Source of the DNA: Vicugna vicugna
Taxonomy: Eukaryota
NCBI GenBank assembly: GCA_013265495.1
Contig: MU062380.1
Location: forward strand, 7,134,542-7,198,541
Length of the DNA: 64,000 nucleotides
Direction of reading: 5' to 3'
Under the pieces are notes generated by a model. It ran no database searches. It was not told where the DNA came from and was given only the letters and a program-made list of their open reading frames with translations. Each line of letters begins with the position of its first letter. Position 1 is the first letter of the stretch. A program made the position numbers and the translations under genes. Of this stretch, positions 1 to 11,700 are shown piece by piece.

Positions 1-1285
1 TTTTATTGTTGAAGTATTATAATAAGGCAATGATCCTGAAATTCTTGAGGCAAAAGTTTAAAGAAAACATCAATTCCCTGAAGATTTTCCTTGAAATCAA
101 AGGTAATGTGCCACCATTAAGAACAGGAGATCTGGGGAGGTGAAGTCACTTTGACATCCCGGAAGTCACTCTCCTGATTGTTATCGTCACTGCTGCAATG
201 CTGAGTTGCCACTGGTCATTTCCAAAGGCCAGGTTCACATCACAAGGGTGGGAGGAAAAACAACAATGAAAGTTCATTTGTCCCAGCTTCCACCATATGG
301 AAACTTTGGGACTTGAGCTCATAATTTTTAGATTCTCAAAACAGAACTGAAACCTGGAAGACAATCTCTGTATTTTTTTCTAAGAGTTTCCACTCATGTG
401 ACCCATCCACACTGTTCTTTTCAAGTATAACATGCCTTGGTCGAGATAAATCAACATTCTTGCTTTGATTCATTCATTCGTCAGGAGGAAAAATATTGCA
501 TACAAATAAGAAAAGGTAAAATGATGGGAGAAATGTGATTATTTTACATTTTACAAAGATACCTCATTTTTTACATTAAAAAAATTTAAAAATGTCACCA
601 TGGCAGAAGTGTCACAATTTTCCGGGCAACAGGTTAAAAAAAATGTATATTAATCTTTGTAATGAAAAATAGTCTGTTCCTTTAGGAACACAGAGAGAAT
701 AGTCATGAAAATAAAAACTCAAATTACACGAAGTGTCATGACTTAGAAAACTTTTAAGAGATAAGTCATGAGCAAATTTCGAAAGAGGAATAGGTGAATT
801 TAGTTTACATAATCATTAAATGTTAATCAGATGATCTGAACCTGTGCGATATAGTCAGAAATTTTGAGGAATTGATTCTTTTATGGAATGCTAAATTCCC
901 TACATCTCCTAGGTGTACCACAGATCAGAGGAATTCATGTCCATAGGTAACACAGCAGTTGAAAAGAAAAACAAAAGATGAATTTTTCCTAACATTTTCA
1001 AGGCTGTCAAAAGGATGTATTGGATTTTACAGTGGAGCTGAGCCCAGGTTTATGCCACATATTCAAACTGTCACTGGAGAAATTTAGGGAGTTGTTGTTT
1101 CTTTTTCTAAACATTTATTTATCATTGTGTTTCAAGAATCTCTGTGCTTTACAAACGTTAACTTATAAATAATAAGAATAACCCTATATGGTGTGCAGGG
1201 GAAATGTAAAATTATTCCCTGCTTATAGGATAAAACACTGAGACGTTCATAGCTTTGAGGCTAGATATTTGCGTATCAAGCTTTA

Positions 1286-1297
1286 GAAACCGAAACC
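1286..1297 (+). promoter_or_regulatory. ISRE / IRF-binding motif GAAACCGAAACC
   Basis: Matches GAAANNGAAAC and differs from the ISG15-type ISRE GAAACCGAAACT only at the last base. It lies in non-repeat DNA and keeps its CpG. Confidence 0.5.
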
Positions 1298-1483
1298 AAG
1301 TGCCGGAGGAATCGTCACCCTTCATACAACAAGCATCATCCAGGTAGAGAGAGGAAAAGAAGCAGGAAAGAGGCCGCCACCAAGTTCTCAAAGTCCTGTG
1401 ACTGAAAAGGCAGAGAGCCCTGCGGGAGGTCAGTGGTAACCTGACACAGCATTAATCCAGGCAGCAGATAAATTTATGAGTAG

Positions 1484-1774
1484 TCACGTCAAAGCAACCT
1501 CTTAATTATCCATCTCAAGACAGCTGTGACTTGCTATAAATTTATTTTTACTTCAAGTTATCCCGTTGTTACCCTTTAGTCATCTTTATGAACTATGTCA
1601 ACATCACGTCATAAACTTCCACAAAGGAAGGGCCATCAATACATAAAATAAATGCATTTTTGCAAAGTTTTCTATGAAGAAAACATTTTACAAAATAAAT
1701 CCTTCAGTATTTATTCGCATTCTATGAGAAAATGCTTCTCTAAGGTTTCAGATGACCACATCCACTCTGCGTCA
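1484..1774. promoter_or_regulatory. Cluster of CRE/ATF-like sites
   Basis: TCACGTCA at 1484-1491 and 1604-1611, and TGCGTCA at 1768-1774, all CpG-containing in a CpG-poor background. Confidence 0.45.
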
Positions 1775-2109
1775 TCGTCTGCTTGGCATGCTGACTTTAA
1801 TCCTGATAATAGAGGAAAGGGGGTGTCTTTGATCATCCCACACACTTGCAGGAACCCAAACATCTATCTTCAACACCATGGAGCAAGAAGACCAGCAGTC
1901 ACCGCAGCAGAAAAAAGAGTTCTGACCCCAGGAAGAGTTACAATTCTGTGAATCATCACCCCATCGCCTGCACCCACCTTCTGGCCCTCATTAACTACAG
2001 CTGTCATTGCAAATGAGGGCTTAGGCAGCCATTTTGATCGGGTCCCCATCTGTGTCACACTAGGTGGCTGCTGGCGCAGAGTTGGAGCTGGGGGATGCGG
2101 ACATCTAAT
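1690..2109 (-). ncRNA. Candidate terminal exon of a minus-strand spliced (probably non-coding) transcript
   Basis: Acceptor tgggtttgtttttcccag|ATTAG (AG at 2110-2111). Minus-strand AATAAA at 1710-1715 and 1541-1546. No recognisable protein in any frame. Confidence 0.35.
2054..2072 (+). promoter_or_regulatory. Possible CTCF site
   Basis: CACTAGGTGGC core matches CCASYAGRKGGC, with about two flank mismatches. Confidence 0.3.
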
Positions 2110-2719
2110 CTGGGAAAAACAAACCCAAAGTATTATTCTTCAGCTAACACACTTTGTAAAGTATGTCATAACAAAATTGTGTGTGCTGCACATTTTCTTC
2201 CCAAACGGTACTGATGGCGAAGAAAATAACTTAGTTCCTGCAGCTGTATTATCCACCTGTCCCTTTTCAGAACAAGACACGGGGCTATTTGTGAGAAGAA
2301 AAAAAAATCTGGTAGCATATGCAAGAGCAAACAAGGGTGGGGAAAAGGAGACAGTTCCAGATGATCTGCTTTACCCTGAAGCGCTGCACCGCCCTATTCC
2401 TGCCGGCTGAGCTTCTGGCGCTGCCACTGGGCCCCCGCCAACCTCAGCACATTTAGCCACCTGCAGTGCCGTCCCGTGGCATTCCTTCCAGAGTTGCAGC
2501 CTGTCCGTCTTTAAGTGGCACTTTTTTCTCCTCTGGTTTATTGCTCTTTTTACTTCTAAGGAAGACTAGGAGGCTTGCTCAGAGAGTTTGGTTAGAAGCC
2601 ACTTTTTACTTTTCCTAGGTAGATAAAGGCATTCAAAGACGTTAACATTTCTTTCTAGTCCCTTAATGATTGCAATGAAGATACAAGATTACTCTGGGTC
2701 AAGTACTTCGCTAAGTTAC

Positions 2720-2770
2720 ACACATACATACATATATATGTATACTTTACATGTATATATACATATATAA
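2720..2770. repeat. TA/CA-rich simple repeat
   Basis: cacatacatacatatatatgtatac...atatatacatatata. Confidence 0.8.
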
Positions 2771-2811
2771 TTGTGTTTAATTTTTATGGAGTTCTATAGG
2801 ATATGTATCAC

Positions 2812-2900
2812 GATTCCTATTTTACAGATGAGGATACTGAAGATTAGAAGGTCAACTAAAATTCAATAAGTGCCATAGATGGTACTTGAACCCGCATCTT
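2812..2900 (-). mobile_element. MIR SINE fragment
   Basis: cctattttacagatgaggatactga is the MIR core in antisense. Confidence 0.6.
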
Positions 2901-3149
2901 ATATCACTCTATTGTGAATTATAACCTTGGCAAAGTCTAATCTCTCTTTTTTAAATGTAAACACAAAAGCTCTGTATTTTTTTAACCTTCTTTTTTTTCT
3001 AAGGAGATAAATGCACTCAAACATTCATTTACAAAATAATTTAGAAAAACAATTATTTAGTTAGGAAATGGAGGCATAGGCAGAAAAGAAAATTTTAAAG
3101 AAAACTATTTTTATCAATTTATTTAGATAAAATGCTGAGATATCCTTAC

Positions 3150-3322
3150 CTGGAGTATCCAGCTTACCAATAATTGGCTTTACAAGATTTCTCAAGATGT
3201 GATTCAGGGCTACTTGTATGGAGTTTCGCAGGGCCATCTTGGACATAATATATAAGAGCCTCGGAGGATAAGCCCCGAGAGTCTACATTTAAAGCATACT
3301 CTCTGGCTGTACCTTACGGCCC
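3150..3322 (-). ncRNA. Candidate internal exon (alternative acceptor gives 3150-3282)
   Basis: Donor CAG|GTAAGG after 3150. Acceptor tttggtctccgccttcag|G before 3322, or a weaker tttaaatgtag| before 3282. Confidence 0.35.
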
Positions 3323-3686
3323 CTGAAGGCGGAGACCAAATGCCCTGAGATCTCCTGCTGTTTCTCATCATGTTAGTGTGACAAGTTATTGGAAGGTTCC
3401 TTTGGTAAGGTTCGCGTGCACACTGTCTTCCCCATCATCACTCAATGACAGTGACGGGGCCTGTTGTAGAAGTCCTGGAGCACGGTCAGCAGCCAGGCAG
3501 AACCAAGCTACAGGTGGAACTCCTGAGAAAGTAGAAGCCGATCAGTGTATTCAGACTGTTACAATGGATGAGTAGGAGGAGAATAAACATTTTGGAGAAA
3601 ACTTGTCTCTCATGGTGACCTTGTTTGCAAGACAACATGCCTACTACTAGGTCACAGAGTTTATTTAAAAGCAATGAGCATTTTAC

Positions 3687-3870
3687 CAAAGGTTTTGCAA
3701 CNNNNNNNNNNNNNNNNNNNNNNNNNNNNNNNNNNNNNNNNNNNNNNNNNNNNNNNNNNNNNNNNNNNNNNNNNNNNNNNNNNNNNNNNNNNNNNNNNNN
3801 NNNNNNNNNNNNNNNNNNNNNNNNNNNNNNNNNNNNNNNNNNNNNNNNNNNNNNNNNNNNNNNNNCTAAA
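3687..3870. mobile_element. Possible hAT-Charlie (MER5-like) element, mostly N-masked
   Basis: caaaggttttgcaac resembles the terminus cagtggttctcaaac and is followed by 164 N. Most of the element is invisible. Confidence 0.25.
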
Positions 3871-6439
3871 GATGCATAATTATGACAAATAAGACTCAAG
3901 TGTAAGGAGATTTCTATCTCACAGACTGGATTACGTTTCAAGGAGGAATCAAAAAAGGGATGTTTTTTAAAACCACTGTCACCTGTGTGGAAGCTGCTTA
4001 GGACCTAGACTCTCTTGATCTTCACGCAAACCTCTTTGTGCGTCATCTCAACACACTCAGTTCAGATACCTCTCCAGATCTTAACACTGATCCTAAATGT
4101 CCATCCTACTCAAGGACTTCTCTCCATTTACAGTATAGCCCTGAATGACATATCAAATACTCTTTTTGATCATTTTGCTAAATATCAGATTCCTCTATCT
4201 GATACTTGGATTTATTCTGAGTCACTCTACCTTGCTCCAACTTGAGTTCTCAGCCTAGATTTGTAGTAATGATCCACTTATCATTACTAATATTAACTGT
4301 TAAAAATCAGGACTATGAAATAATCTGTCCTATCCAGTCTGTCTTACATCTAAAAATTGAAGAAAATAACTCTGGTGTCAAAATACATTGCCAAAAAGAC
4401 AGGGGTTCCCTACCGGAAATAAACACACTACAAACCCTTGCATGATATGCCTGGGTCACTGACAATAAGGATATACCAGGCTGCACCCAGAAATTCCAGC
4501 ACATAGTCAAGGATTTTTTTCTTTAGCACTGTAAAGGAGAAGGATTAAATGAATCTAATTTCTTGATAGAATACTTTTCAGTTATTGACAGGTGGATAAA
4601 GAGCATAGAGAAAGAACTCAGACAAGAAGATTTATGTGTACTTTTGGATGTTGGTAGCCAGGTATAATACTAATGTAGTGTCCAGTATCAAGATTCATCT
4701 GTAGCATCAAGCTTTGTCATTAGTACAAACTATTTATACTATTTATTGAATAGTGATGTTTGTCAAATCACCAATATCTTCATGGAAAGAAGTTCTTTCC
4801 GGATATGTTGTAATGAAGTATGATGAAAATTTGAATTGTGGTGGTGGTGGTTTCCTTGAAACAGAAAATCACCAAGAATGTAGCCAGCATTTATTTTCTC
4901 TATTTATATCGTACACAGAACACAACCTATTCACTTTTTCCTTTTTTCCTTCTTTTCTCTCCCTATGTATTTCTTTTATTTTCTTCAGCTCTATTTACCA
5001 CATAACTTGAACTGTGCTCTCATCCTCAGAACAACTCTTTTAGTGTGAAATTGAATGCCCTTTAAGAAATGAATTGTCAGTGTTTGATATCACTGTGCTC
5101 CTCCCATTTAGAGAAATGCTGTAGTTTTATTGGAGAGAAGGGGAAACTGCAAGAAAAAGGGAATCAAAACATCCTGAAGGGTGAAAGACTTTTAATTGTT
5201 GTCAAGTATGCTTTTAGACTGTCGTAACAACATAGGAAAGAGAACCAAGTAGATGTTGATGAAACTAAGCCAGGATATCTGGATGACATTTTTTTTTTGT
5301 AATTCAACTACAAGAACCCTTATCAACTCCAGGTTTACACAATATTAGCCATGTTGATAATAGGAAATATTGTTTTCCTAATTTAAATGAAGAAAACCAG
5401 AAAAGTATATAAAGAAGCTAATATATATTTAAATGTATAGTTCTCCAATTTTGAAGACTATGTTCTTTCTAAAGGGTTCATGCTAAATCCACCCACAATT
5501 AATCACTATCAAGAATGGCTTATCTTGGGGCTAATTCTATTCTCTGCTTTGATCACCAATATTTATCTTGTTCCAGAACCACACTTAGGAGAGCACTCGT
5601 TGCCTTGCTCTACTCTTGTAGGTATATTTGTTGTTTCCACATGTGCGTGGAACCAAATTAAATGCTATGAAAAAGAATCAACTCTGTCATTTTAAGGGAA
5701 ATATAACAAACAGCTCAAAATGAAACTAAGTTATCCATGTAATATTTGGGAGCATTGAAAGTGAAATTTTAGTGTGATTTTGTTAACACTAAATTCAGGA
5801 AATAAAGAAGTTACCCAATGTAGTGATTTACATTTATCTGGTTTCCTTGTAGTTAGAAAGCTTTTTGATGAGATAGATCTTCTCATATTTGTAGAGGAGA
5901 AGGGACAATATAGACATGGTCAGAATAGAAGTCATCCGAGTAGAGAGTGATTAGAAATACATATTTGGCTTTAGAAAAATTACAGACACAATTCTACATT
6001 GCCCTTATATCCAGAAAAGCTAAGAAGGAAAGTACAAGTTCTGGCTTGCTGGAAGACTTTCAAGGGTTTAAAGACTTTTGTATATGCAGTGATAGGGGAG
6101 CCTTTCCATGTAATTGTTTAAATAGAAAGAAGCTCTGTATTCAAACAGTTTCTCCTGATTGAAAAATATATTAAAAGTCTCATGTCCAAAATATCATTTG
6201 TAGGTGTGATGCAGAACTTGATATATAGATAAAATGGGTACTAATACATAGTCTTATGATGGCATAAACATGATTCATAAATCATCCAAGAACCTTTATA
6301 TAAGTGAAACATTGTAAAACTATTTTCTATATGATTAATTTTTCCTAAACTTTGAGGATGTTGATCCTAGTAATATTTATTTAGTAGGCATTTTTACTAT
6401 TCTTATGTGGGGAGGAGAAGAGAGGAGAAAGGAATCTAA

Positions 6440-6813
6440 ATCAGTCAGAATTAACCCTAGCTGCAACTCTAGTCCCTGAAATCTTGATAGCTTAACCCAT
6501 TAAAAATGCATTCCTCCCTCACATTACAGTCCTATGTGTATGATTCTTCTCCACCCTGTGTCTCTGCCATCCTAAAACATGGCCTGCAAATCACTGTGAT
6601 GGGGGAAGGAGGAGAAAACAGGGTAGGCTACTAGCTCATAACTGCCTCAGCCCAGAGGAAGCAAACTTCACTTCCATTCACAATTCATCGGTCAGAACTC
6701 CCTCCTTCAGCCCTACCTAACAGCAGAGAAGGCTAAAAATGTGGTCTCATTTGTGCCCAGGAAGAAGCAAATGAAATGAGATACAGTAAACACAACGCAT
6801 TTCCTCTGCCACA
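6440..6813 (-). mobile_element. ERVL-MaLR LTR (MLT1J/K type)
   Basis: cacttccattcacaattcatcggtcagaact...cctacctaacagcagagaaggctaaaaatgtggtct; ends ...ctctgccaca. Confidence 0.7.
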
Positions 6814-7420
6814 GTTGGCCCTTTGGCCTCCAGGTAGTCATAGACTTCTTTTTTCATGCAGAATACCACAACCCCCTCCCTAAGGGAGACAACCTAGTCA
6901 CTGTATGCACCTCAGATTCCACAGTCTTCCTCATGAGGCCCAAATATTGTTCCTCCAAGTCCAACAAGTGAGAAAGTAAAAAGATAAGTTGTCTGTCTCC
7001 TCCCTTCTCCCATCGTGTGCACCCCTGATACATAGTGATGCAGCAGAGGTAGTATAACTACAATGAACGTTTCACTGGGAAGAGGAATGAATGGGAGATA
7101 CATACTGGTCACAGGGCCAACACAATTCCAAAATTCCACTGGGCATTAAATTATAAAAGCCCCATCACCCTAACCTGGTGGTTGTTGAGCCTCTCTGATT
7201 CTGTGTTCTTGCCCACTTTTTTCTCAGTGGCGCCTAGATCTGCCCTGTAGTGGGGAGGGGAGGCCATCACCCACCCACCATTTTCTTGATGAAATCTGAA
7301 ATGAGAATTTGGAAATATGTTCTCCTTGGAGACTAGACAACTTTTGCAGCTCAACTTCTGCTCATGGTGGCCCAAAGTTTTTAAAAAGTTTCTAACAATG
7401 ACATTCTTCAGCCAATTTCT
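6814..7420 (-). mobile_element. MLT1 internal sequence adjoining the LTR
   Basis: ...gggagatacatactggtcacagggccaacacaattccaaaattccactgggca resembles MLT1-int and abuts the LTR end. Confidence 0.5.
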
Positions 7421-7809
7421 CAATTAAATTCAAATTCTAAAACTACCTTTTCCCCCCCAGGAACTGTGTTTTTTTTTCAGCCTGCATTCGTGATTTCTTT
7501 GGTGATGTAGTTCCCTCAATATCTTAGTAGGTTTCTGATCTATTTTTTTTGAGTCATCAACATGTACTAATAACTATGCTTAATGTTCTTTGGTGGACCT
7601 AGTGCTCAAACATGTTTTGTTCTTTTTGGTTTCTAAGCTCTATAGCCTTCGCCCTTAAACTTAACGGTAGCTACTTTGAAGGCCCACGCTTAATATAATT
7701 TCTGCCCTGAGTCTCTTTAATCAACTAAGAGGCTTTATTGGCCTTTTGGTATTCAGTCTTTTAAAATTCCATCTCCTCCTATTTGGGATCAAGAAGTAGT
7801 TGGATTCCT

Positions 7810-7975
7810 AGTCGTAGTCATATAATAAATATTTACTGAATATATAAGTGAATATGAATACAATGACAAGGATTATTTCTTCTTCTTCTTTCCATCGTTA
7901 CCATAAAGCTAAGCTTCCTAATCTTGTACTGATAGTAGACCTTCAATAAGTGCTTGTAAAATGGATGAATAAGGC
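7810..7975 (+). mobile_element. L2 3' end fragments
   Basis: aataaatatttactgaat and tagtagaccttcaataagtgcttgtaaaatggatgaat. Confidence 0.4.
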
Positions 7976-8229
7976 TTATTCTTCTAATTGTACCTGTTCT
8001 CTGGGTAAATCAATTTATTTACATCTCCATTTATGTTCTATGCCTTCCAAAAACTGAACTCTAGTCCAGACCCCTACCCTGAGTTTTTAGCTCATATGGC
8101 TAACTCTTTGATTAAAAAAATCTCCATTCAAATCATGAATAAGCTTGAAAATAAGCTTGAACTTGATATGTATAAAATTGCATTCATCACATTTTCCCTC
8201 CATACCCATTTTTATTCTTGCATGTTCTT

Positions 8230-8790
8230 TCTTTATGAGCGGCACCATAGTTTGCCCAAGACAGAAGCTTGAGTTGTCATCCCAAACTCTTCCTATTTTC
8301 TTACTCCTTATACTCAACTTGTCACTAAGCTTGTGATATGTATCTCTTGAACTGTTCTTATTTCTCTACTATTCCCCCCAATTTCTTATGATGTCTTGTG
8401 TAGGTTACCTCAAGAGCCTCCTATCTGGTTTCCCTGCCTCCAGTTCCTTCTCTCCACAGCTATGAAACGATTGTTCTCCAGCATGAATTAGCCATGTGCC
8501 ATTCTGTTTTTAAGCACCGTTAGTAGTTTCTCATAGCCTTCATGTTAACATAACTACCTTTCTGTTGACACAGAGAACACTCTGTGGTTCTGCCCTGTTT
8601 AGAGACACATCTCTTGCCTGTCCTCCTTCAGGCAGGCCGCAAATAATTGGCAGTCCCTGGAAGATACCATCCTCTCACGTGCTCTGCCCTTCCCTCTGCA
8701 TTGCCCTTTCTCTGACTAAATGTTAACTACTTCTCCTGGAAAGCCCTACTTATAGGCAGTCCTCTCTGTGAATACATGTTGACTCAGTGC
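8230..8790 (+). mobile_element. L2 LINE fragment
   Basis: agcctcctatctggtttccctgcctccagtt and neighbouring L2-like pyrimidine-rich sequence. Confidence 0.6.
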
Positions 8791-11700
8791 ATAATCATCA
8801 GAAATCTTAACACTGAAGAGCACAAAACCTAAAAACAGATTGTATTATGTGATTTAGCTATTACTTACTTTATACTGCTAACCGTCACCTTAGATGTTGG
8901 GACCCTTATATAATGATCGAAATGATCTACCTCTTTTTTCCTTTTTGTGTCTCAGAAAGCCAAAATTTTAGTTGGGGCTTTGTTTTTTTGTTATATTTTG
9001 GTTTTGGCAGGGGCAGAAAGAAAAGGATATTTAAAAGTTTGGTTTTCTATAGCTTCTTTTTAAAATAGAATCTCAAAAGACCTCTCTGACAAACTCATCA
9101 TACTGTGCCTTAGACTGTATTTAAAAAGAGAAAAATACCTCCATGGGCAATGATTGGCTAAGACAGAGAAACGAGATAACGATTCACCCACAGGAGGAGG
9201 CTGAGACAAGCAAAGACAGTGACAGGCAGATAAACAGAAAAGGAGGAAGCAGTTAAAAATAAAAAATCTCAGGTACCTGAAAAGCCCAGGCTGAGACTGT
9301 GAGGAAGATAAAAAGAGAAAGAGGAGAAATACAATCAGCATTGCTGGTAATTGGAGAGACTGGAAGGATGGGGGATGGAGGCTCAGAGAGGGAAAGAAGA
9401 GCAAAGAGGCGAACAATAAAGGGGAAAACTGAACATAGGAAGGGGTTGAAAACCTGAGAAACCAAAGAGTATCGAAAAATGGGAATTTGAGACATCGAGA
9501 GAGCCTCTGGGTATCTCACTCCTCAGTTGTTTCCTTAACTTCTGTAAGAAGAATCATGGGTAATTTGGAGGACTTGTCCCCCTTCTATTTAAAATAAATA
9601 AATACTTAGATAAAGAATCTCTCTCTTATGAGACAAAGTGCAGAATCAATGTGAGTTCACAGTAGGCAACCAGATGATCTGGGAGCTCAGTTCCTAAAAT
9701 ATGAAGTTAGAGAACTTGGCAAATGTGTCTCCTGAACAGGAGTCATACCGTCTGCACTTCCCGCAGTTGCCTCCCATCCCTGCCTTTCTGTCTGTAAATG
9801 TTTTCTTCTTTATACACAGTTCACCCTTTGTGCACAGCCACCAGTTGCATAAAGGTGTTAACTGACTTTCGTTCACTAATAGCAGTTGATGAAAGCTGTA
9901 GAATGTCTCAACTCTATTTCGTCCCTATCTGCAGAATACATTGATAGTAATGAGGAAGTTTTATTCTCCAGATCCTCTCTCCTTCAAAGAGGAATAAAAT
10001 GTGAAGGCATTGATGCTTCCAAATTGCCTTTCTTTTCTAAAGAACAAACACTTCACTGAGAACATAAAAGTGATTGAAATGAGTACACTTTGGACCTCCA
10101 ATTTACACTTTTCCATCATTAGTGACATCTGTACCATTAGACACGCAGTCACACAAAGGTTGTGCTTCTTTAGATATCTATGTAAAAGTTTTCTTGTGTG
10201 ACTGCCTATGGCACTAGGAAGGTGCCATAAAAAGAATAATGCAATTTCCATAGCTGAAGTTCTGCCTTGGAGGCTGGGAGGAAGCAAGGGCTCTTGGTTA
10301 GAATTCTGATGTGTGGATTTGTTGTCATTGTTGTTGTTGTTAAATAATGTTCTCAGAAATCAGGTCTGCAAGAGAACATGCGACAATATTGACTAAAGGA
10401 CAAAAACAATTCAGCAAGTGACCGTCATACTTCTGAGCAACTAGCCAATCAGAATTCATGGCAAACACATGTTGTCCAGTCAGTATTCATGTCATGTGAT
10501 TAGTAACCAGATGATGTTAGAAAATGGATAAAAGGCAGCATTCAGGTTTGAATATAAAATAATGGATCAGAGTGCAGTTTTACAGAGCTACAGGGTTAAC
10601 AGGCTTGGAAAATGCATTTTGCAGCTTTAGAAAAGATACAATTTTTTTAAATAAGATCTTACTATCAACAGTAGAAAAGAAGTCCAAAACAAACAAATAA
10701 AAGGGAATTTATAACATAATACCTGTTGTTCTCTGTTTAGCACAGAAGGCTCCACTTTAGGTAAATATCTAATGACTTATCTTTTAGAAAGACTCTTTCT
10801 ATAAATCTGTAATGGATGTTAATTTCCCAGAGTCTTTCTAAAAACTCAGCTTTGGAGGGCAAAGTCATTTACCCCTGTCCTAATTTTCACTGCTTGTTCA
10901 GTGAGCTCACTTCCTTTCTTCTTTATAAATGTTTTCTATGATGAAGCAGTTTCTTATGGAACAACTCTCATTTCACACCAGGAAATACCATGCCATTGTT
11001 GGGTTATAGTTTATGGTTAAAAGGGAAAGGAACTCAGCCTGGGACACTGGCATTGTGACCCAGGATTGAAAACAGCTCCCAGAGGTACTTCTCAAAGCTC
11101 TGGTTATCATCAGTAAAATAACAATTCACCTCTCTGTTTTCTTTTACTGAAACTGACACTATAAGTAACAAAATCTTGTGAGGTTTCAAAGAAAGGAAAA
11201 TGACCTTTAAATTTTTTGAATCATAAAGGCCACTGCATGCAACAGAGAATAGCAAGAGATACATGGCCTTAGGAAGTGAGTGAGATGACTCAGATTAGGG
11301 GATAAAAGGGAAACACAACTGGGACTTTGGGATTTGTCCTTTCTGAAGTCACAAGGACTAAGGTCTCCTTTAGATGAAAAATAGAGGTGGATGAACCTCA
11401 GAAGGCTTGGTACATATAATAACCCAAAGGTCTCAGTAATTATTCAGGATATCTAAGAGTTCCAAAATGTGTCAGCCACCTTGATGTATTCTAATGTTTT
11501 CCATTATGTTTTTACAAAATCAGGATTGAATGGAATATGTGTGGAAAATTATTATGAAAATGTTTCCTTTCATCTGTAGTCTCAAAGTGAAAATTAAGAC
11601 TATCTTTTTCTACCCTAGAATAAAAAACTCCAAACTAAGGATCACTGTAAGGCTTATTTTTCTTTTACATGGAAAAAAATTGAGGAATTGTAAAACTGTA

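Noticed and set aside
1652-1951. 99-aa plus-strand ORF
   Set aside because: No family resemblance, non-ATG start, and it overlaps AT-rich UTR-like sequence.
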